From: Alphaproteobacteria bacterium UBA3768
GTDB taxonomy: Bacteria; Pseudomonadota; Alphaproteobacteria; CAAHEQ01; UBA3637
Assembly: GCA_002372315.1 (NCBI GenBank)
Contig: DFFU01000004.1
Location: 29,785 to 93,784, forward strand
Direction: 5' to 3'
DNA length: 64,000 nucleotides
Position 1 is the first letter of the stretch. The number at the start of each line of letters is the position of its first letter. Positions 60,411-64,000 of this stretch are shown here, piece by piece. Under the pieces are notes generated by a model that was not told the DNA's origin, did no database searches, and saw nothing but the letters and a program-made list of their open reading frames with translations. The position numbers and the translations under genes are program-made.

Positions 60411-61691
60411 ATGCCTTTAAAAAAGGAATTTAACTCTACTTCAAAAAAATTGATGCGAGTGATGGCTTTAGCTTCTTTACTACAAGGTTGTTGTATATCT
60501 ACTCCCACGCCAAAAATAAGATTTCCTGAATTTCCCGATAAAGAGCAAAAAAGTTTAGTACTAGATAATTTGACACCTGATGAAGAAAAATACATTTATT
60601 CTTTTATGCAGGATTACGCACAAAAAAGTCCATCAGCTAAAAAATTATTAGAAGAACTAGCTTGTCAAAATGCACATTTAAATTTTTTTAACTCAGAGTT
60701 AGGGGCTGGAGGCATTTTTCATGCGGGATTATCTGATGAAAATAATTTGGGATTAAACAGAGGTATAAAAGAAAAAGGTATTTCTTTAGCGGATACTTTT
60801 TTTCATGAAGCCGAACACGTTGTTCATTTAAAACAATCCCATAAAAACGGAATTAATGCGCACAGCTTTTCTTCATTAAATGATGTTTATATATACGCAA
60901 CTTTATTGGAGGCCTTAGCCTATCGTAAAGCGGCGCTTTGTTGCGGAGAATATGCCCACAAATTATCACCAAAACAAATACTAAAAAATGCAGATGATGT
61001 TTTTAAAAAACGATTACATACAGGTAGTAAATATATGGAAGAACGTTTAACCTATGAACGTGATGCAATTGTGATGGCAAATTCTGAAACAAATACCTTA
61101 CCCAATCAGATTTATTATAAAAAAAAGCCAGATTGGAATAAAATCGTTTCTATTTTAAGTCGTGATGAAGTAAAAAAAATGCCTTTACTACCTCAGCCAA
61201 CCTTATTATTTTTGTCTGCTTGCCTATACCGAGAATTGGAAAAAAATCCTAATGCAGAATCATTGAATGATTTAGATATATCGTGCGTTTTAACCAATCG
61301 TTCTGCATTACAAAAAAATGAAAAAGAAATCAAAGCAATGGTGTCTAATTTATTGATAGAGGTATATGACTTATGCCAAAAATCTGATAAACCTCTTTCA
61401 GATAAGATGATGTATGCTTTTTTATATACTATTGGATGGCCCAACAAACAGCAACAGGAACAAATAGAACGGAAAATAATAGATTTTGAAACTATTCGTG
61501 ATGAAAATTTGGCCAAATTTAAAACAGGGGAATTATTTGATCGAGCAATTTTATTACTTAATAGTAAGGAAATACAAGATCATCAGATTCCTAAATTTGA
61601 AATTTACCCAAAAGTCTTAAAATTTGAAAAAATGATTTTGCTTCCTGAGATAGGACAACAAAAAATAAATGCAAAACAATCAACCAGATAA
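60411..61691 (+). CDS. hypothetical lipoprotein with a zincin-like HEAEH motif, paralog 1
   Basis: lipobox LLQGC; FFHEAEHVVH..SH.NGI...F.SL.D.YI....LEALAYRK conserved with the downstream paralog. Confidence 0.55.
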   Translation: MPLKKEFNSTSKKLMRVMALASLLQGCCISTPTPKIRFPEFPDKEQKSLVLDNLTPDEEKYIYSFMQDYAQKSPSAKKLLEELACQNAHLNFFNSELGAGGIFHAGLSDENNLGLNRGIKEKGISLADTFFHEAEHVVHLKQSHKNGINAHSFSSLNDVYIYATLLEALAYRKAALCCGEYAHKLSPKQILKNADDVFKKRLHTGSKYMEERLTYERDAIVMANSETNTLPNQIYYKKKPDWNKIVSILSRDEVKKMPLLPQPTLLFLSACLYRELEKNPNAESLNDLDISCVLTNRSALQKNEKEIKAMVSNLLIEVYDLCQKSDKPLSDKMMYAFLYTIGWPNKQQQEQIERKIIDFETIRDENLAKFKTGELFDRAILLLNSKEIQDHQIPKFEIYPKVLKFEKMILLPEIGQQKINAKQSTR

Positions 61692-61738
61692 AATCTTATG
61701 ACAGACAAAATTAAAAAAACGATCAATAGGAGTATTTA

Positions 61739-63160
61739 ATGAATAAAAAAATATCAGATTATTATATTCAATCATACGTTCCAAAAGAAAAATCGTCTCT
61801 TAAGAAAAAATTAAAAATATTATCCTTGTGGGGATTGGGAATAGGAAGTGCTTTTTGGGGATCACAGGTAGCTATTAATAAAATATTTAAAGAAAAAAAT
61901 TCTACAGTCGTAGATATTCAAGAAGGCAAAATAGATTATCAATCATTGATTACTCAAACAACAGATGAAGAGGACAAAAATACTTTATTGCAGCTTATAA
62001 AATGGGCGGAAGAGATTCCATCGGGTAGAAACGTACTAAATGCGTTAAAAAAACACAAAACCCAGCTTTTTATGCTGAATTTAGTTGGTGATGAATATGG
62101 CGTTTCTTTTCCTGATTTATCAGGAGTTTGTCTAAATTCAGCTTTGCTCAATCAGGATGAAAATAGGTATTTGGCGTTTGCCGCATTTATTCATGAAGCT
62201 GAACACATTCGTGTGATGGGGCTATCGCATCAAAACGGGATAGGTTTAACCAGTTTCCAATCCTTAGATGACCAATATATTTTTGGAACGATAAATGAAT
62301 CTCTGGCTGTACGTAAGAGTGTACAGGCTGTTCAAGAACTGATAAAAAAACACCCTGATTGGCCTTATGCGAAAAAATGGCAAGATTTATTGAATAGGGA
62401 ATATGCTACAAAGGGAAATTTAAAGCACATTGCTGATTTAGCTTTTGAAAAGCGAATGGAAAATTTGACGGGACTAGGGGCTTCCTTACATTATGAAACA
62501 CATATTCCACAAATCAAGGAAGAAATTCAAAATCAAAGAAAATTTCCTAAAAATCCTGATTGGAACCAAATTATCAAAATGATAACAGATAATGAGGTTA
62601 AAAGTGTATCTGTATTTCCTGTACCAAGTTTCTATATGGCACGAAGTATGATTTTCAACGAAATGGCAAAGCAAGAGGAAAATATTGGAAATTATACCCC
62701 TAAATTAAAAGACTTGGATTTAAGTTGTATTATTAAGAATAAAGCTAGCATGCTCAAAAAAGGTGATTTTTGTGATTGCATCTGTCGGGACATTGCCTAT
62801 ATGGCTGAGGAAATATATCAATATCACAAAAACGATAAAGATATAAAAGAATGGTTTTCTGAGTTACAAAAATTGATGCCCAAAAAACAAATTGAAAAAA
62901 TAAAAAGCCCAAACAAGAATAATTTAAAATGGAATGATAAAGAATTAAATGATTTTTTATCCAAGCAAGACAATTTTGAATATTTAAAGAAAGCCCAAAA
63001 GTTATTATCTAGTGATAAGTTAAAAGTCGTAACTTCTAGTGAAGCAGCTTATTTTTACCTTCGCCAAAGACAAAATCTTTTTAAAATTTATGATGAACTC
63101 TTTTTTGAAAATGAAAATAGACAATTAATTTCACGAAAAAGGTCATCTGAGAATCATTAA
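61739..63160 (+). CDS. hypothetical protein with a zincin-like HEAEH motif, paralog 2
   Basis: N-terminal hydrophobic segment; FIHEAEHIRV..SHQNGI...F.SLDD.YI....NESLAVRK; further shared blocks (NPDWN.I; L.DLD.SC). Confidence 0.55.
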   Translation: MNKKISDYYIQSYVPKEKSSLKKKLKILSLWGLGIGSAFWGSQVAINKIFKEKNSTVVDIQEGKIDYQSLITQTTDEEDKNTLLQLIKWAEEIPSGRNVLNALKKHKTQLFMLNLVGDEYGVSFPDLSGVCLNSALLNQDENRYLAFAAFIHEAEHIRVMGLSHQNGIGLTSFQSLDDQYIFGTINESLAVRKSVQAVQELIKKHPDWPYAKKWQDLLNREYATKGNLKHIADLAFEKRMENLTGLGASLHYETHIPQIKEEIQNQRKFPKNPDWNQIIKMITDNEVKSVSVFPVPSFYMARSMIFNEMAKQEENIGNYTPKLKDLDLSCIIKNKASMLKKGDFCDCICRDIAYMAEEIYQYHKNDKDIKEWFSELQKLMPKKQIEKIKSPNKNNLKWNDKELNDFLSKQDNFEYLKKAQKLLSSDKLKVVTSSEAAYFYLRQRQNLFKIYDELFFENENRQLISRKRSSENH

Positions 63161-63226
63161 AAACAATACTTGATTTTATTTGAAAACTAAGATATAGTTG
63201 AAATCAAGCAAAAGAAAGGATAAGCA

Positions 63227-63898
63227 ATGAGTGAAGATTTAACCCTAAAAACAAAATTAAAACACATTAATCCGCGCACTGCCAATCAAAGTGCTTTTAT
63301 TGAAGCAATGAATACCCATGATTTGACTTTTGGTATGGGGCCAGCAGGTACAGGAAAAACTTATTTGGCTGTGGCAAAAGCTGTGGCAGAAATGGAAGCC
63401 AAGAAAGTGGATAAAATTATATTGACGCGTCCAGCAGTAGAGGCTGGGGAAAACTTGGGATTTTTGCCTGGTGATTTAAAAGAAAAGATAGACCCGTATT
63501 TACGCCCACTTTATGATGCCCTTTATGAAATGTTGCCTCGTGATATAGTAGATAAAAAGATCCAAAATGGTGAAATTGAAATTGCGCCTTTGGCATATAT
63601 GCGGGGGCGGACTTTATCCCATGCGGTTGTCATTTTGGATGAAGCGCAAAACACAACTCCAATGCAAATGAAAATGTTTTTAACTCGTCTGGGTGAGGGA
63701 TCAAAAATGGTCGTTAATGGTGATTTGACCCAAACAGATTTGCCACGAGGAATGGAATCTGGATTAAAAGAAGCAGAACGTGTTTTGTCTAAAATAACTG
63801 AGGTGGCTTTCATCCAATTTGATGACCATGATGTCGTACGCCATGGTCTGGTATCCAAGATTGTAAATGCTTATGCGAAAGATAAAGAATGCAAGTAG
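63227..63898 (+). CDS. phoH: PhoH-like ATPase (core domain only)
   Basis: Walker A GPAGTGKT and PhoH core motifs; normally adjacent to miaB. Confidence 0.8.
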   Translation: MSEDLTLKTKLKHINPRTANQSAFIEAMNTHDLTFGMGPAGTGKTYLAVAKAVAEMEAKKVDKIILTRPAVEAGENLGFLPGDLKEKIDPYLRPLYDALYEMLPRDIVDKKIQNGEIEIAPLAYMRGRTLSHAVVILDEAQNTTPMQMKMFLTRLGEGSKMVVNGDLTQTDLPRGMESGLKEAERVLSKITEVAFIQFDDHDVVRHGLVSKIVNAYAKDKECK

Positions 63899-64000
63899 AC
63901 ATACAAGTACAAAAATTTTGTTATTATCTGCGTATATGGTGTTTAAAATCCTTTTGTAAAAAAGTCATTCAAAATGCATGGATGGGGGATGAAAAAGCCG

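Overview
The window is AT-rich (roughly mid-30s % GC by eye) and densely coding. It reads as alphaproteobacterial chromosome: gcrA, a truncated HprK-EIIA(Man)-NPr regulatory PTS module, hemY-like, ihfB, MlaD/DUF2155, and the conserved lepB-rnc-era-recO and nth/xseB order. The taxonomic placement is inference from gene content; the AT-richness and several secreted or eukaryote-like proteins suggest a host-associated lineage (Rickettsiales- or Holosporales-like), which cannot be confirmed without searches.

Housekeeping genes include gltX, serS, lysS, polA, pgk, dut, miaB, phoH, ettA, ftsEX, plsC, anmK, accD, nadK, glgB and glgX, plus tRNA-Lys(TTT) and tRNA-Arg(CCT). Several near-consensus sigma70 promoters (TTGACA-N17-TATAAT-like) and hairpin terminators are visible.

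The most notable items are:
- A complete N-ATPase-type operon (atpD-atpC-atpQ-atpR-atpB-atpE-atpF-atpA-atpG, minus strand, 37958-44513) with a c subunit carrying Na+-binding residues, a b subunit whose C-terminus resembles the delta C-terminal domain, and no separate delta gene.
- A 460-aa type IV pilin-like protein whose C-terminal ~400 residues are extremely cysteine-rich and include a WSxW-containing, eukaryote-like module.
- Two tandem paralogous HEAEH-motif (zincin-like) proteins, one a predicted lipoprotein, lying between miaB and phoH, which are usually adjacent.
- Another tandem pair of paralogous unknown proteins (7729-8883) behind a consensus promoter, with a 5'UTR hairpin that pairs with the ribosome-binding site.
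- A GT10 alpha-1,3-fucosyltransferase translationally coupled to an unknown gene and to dut.

No rRNA genes, CRISPR arrays, transposases or IS elements, or clear prophage were seen.
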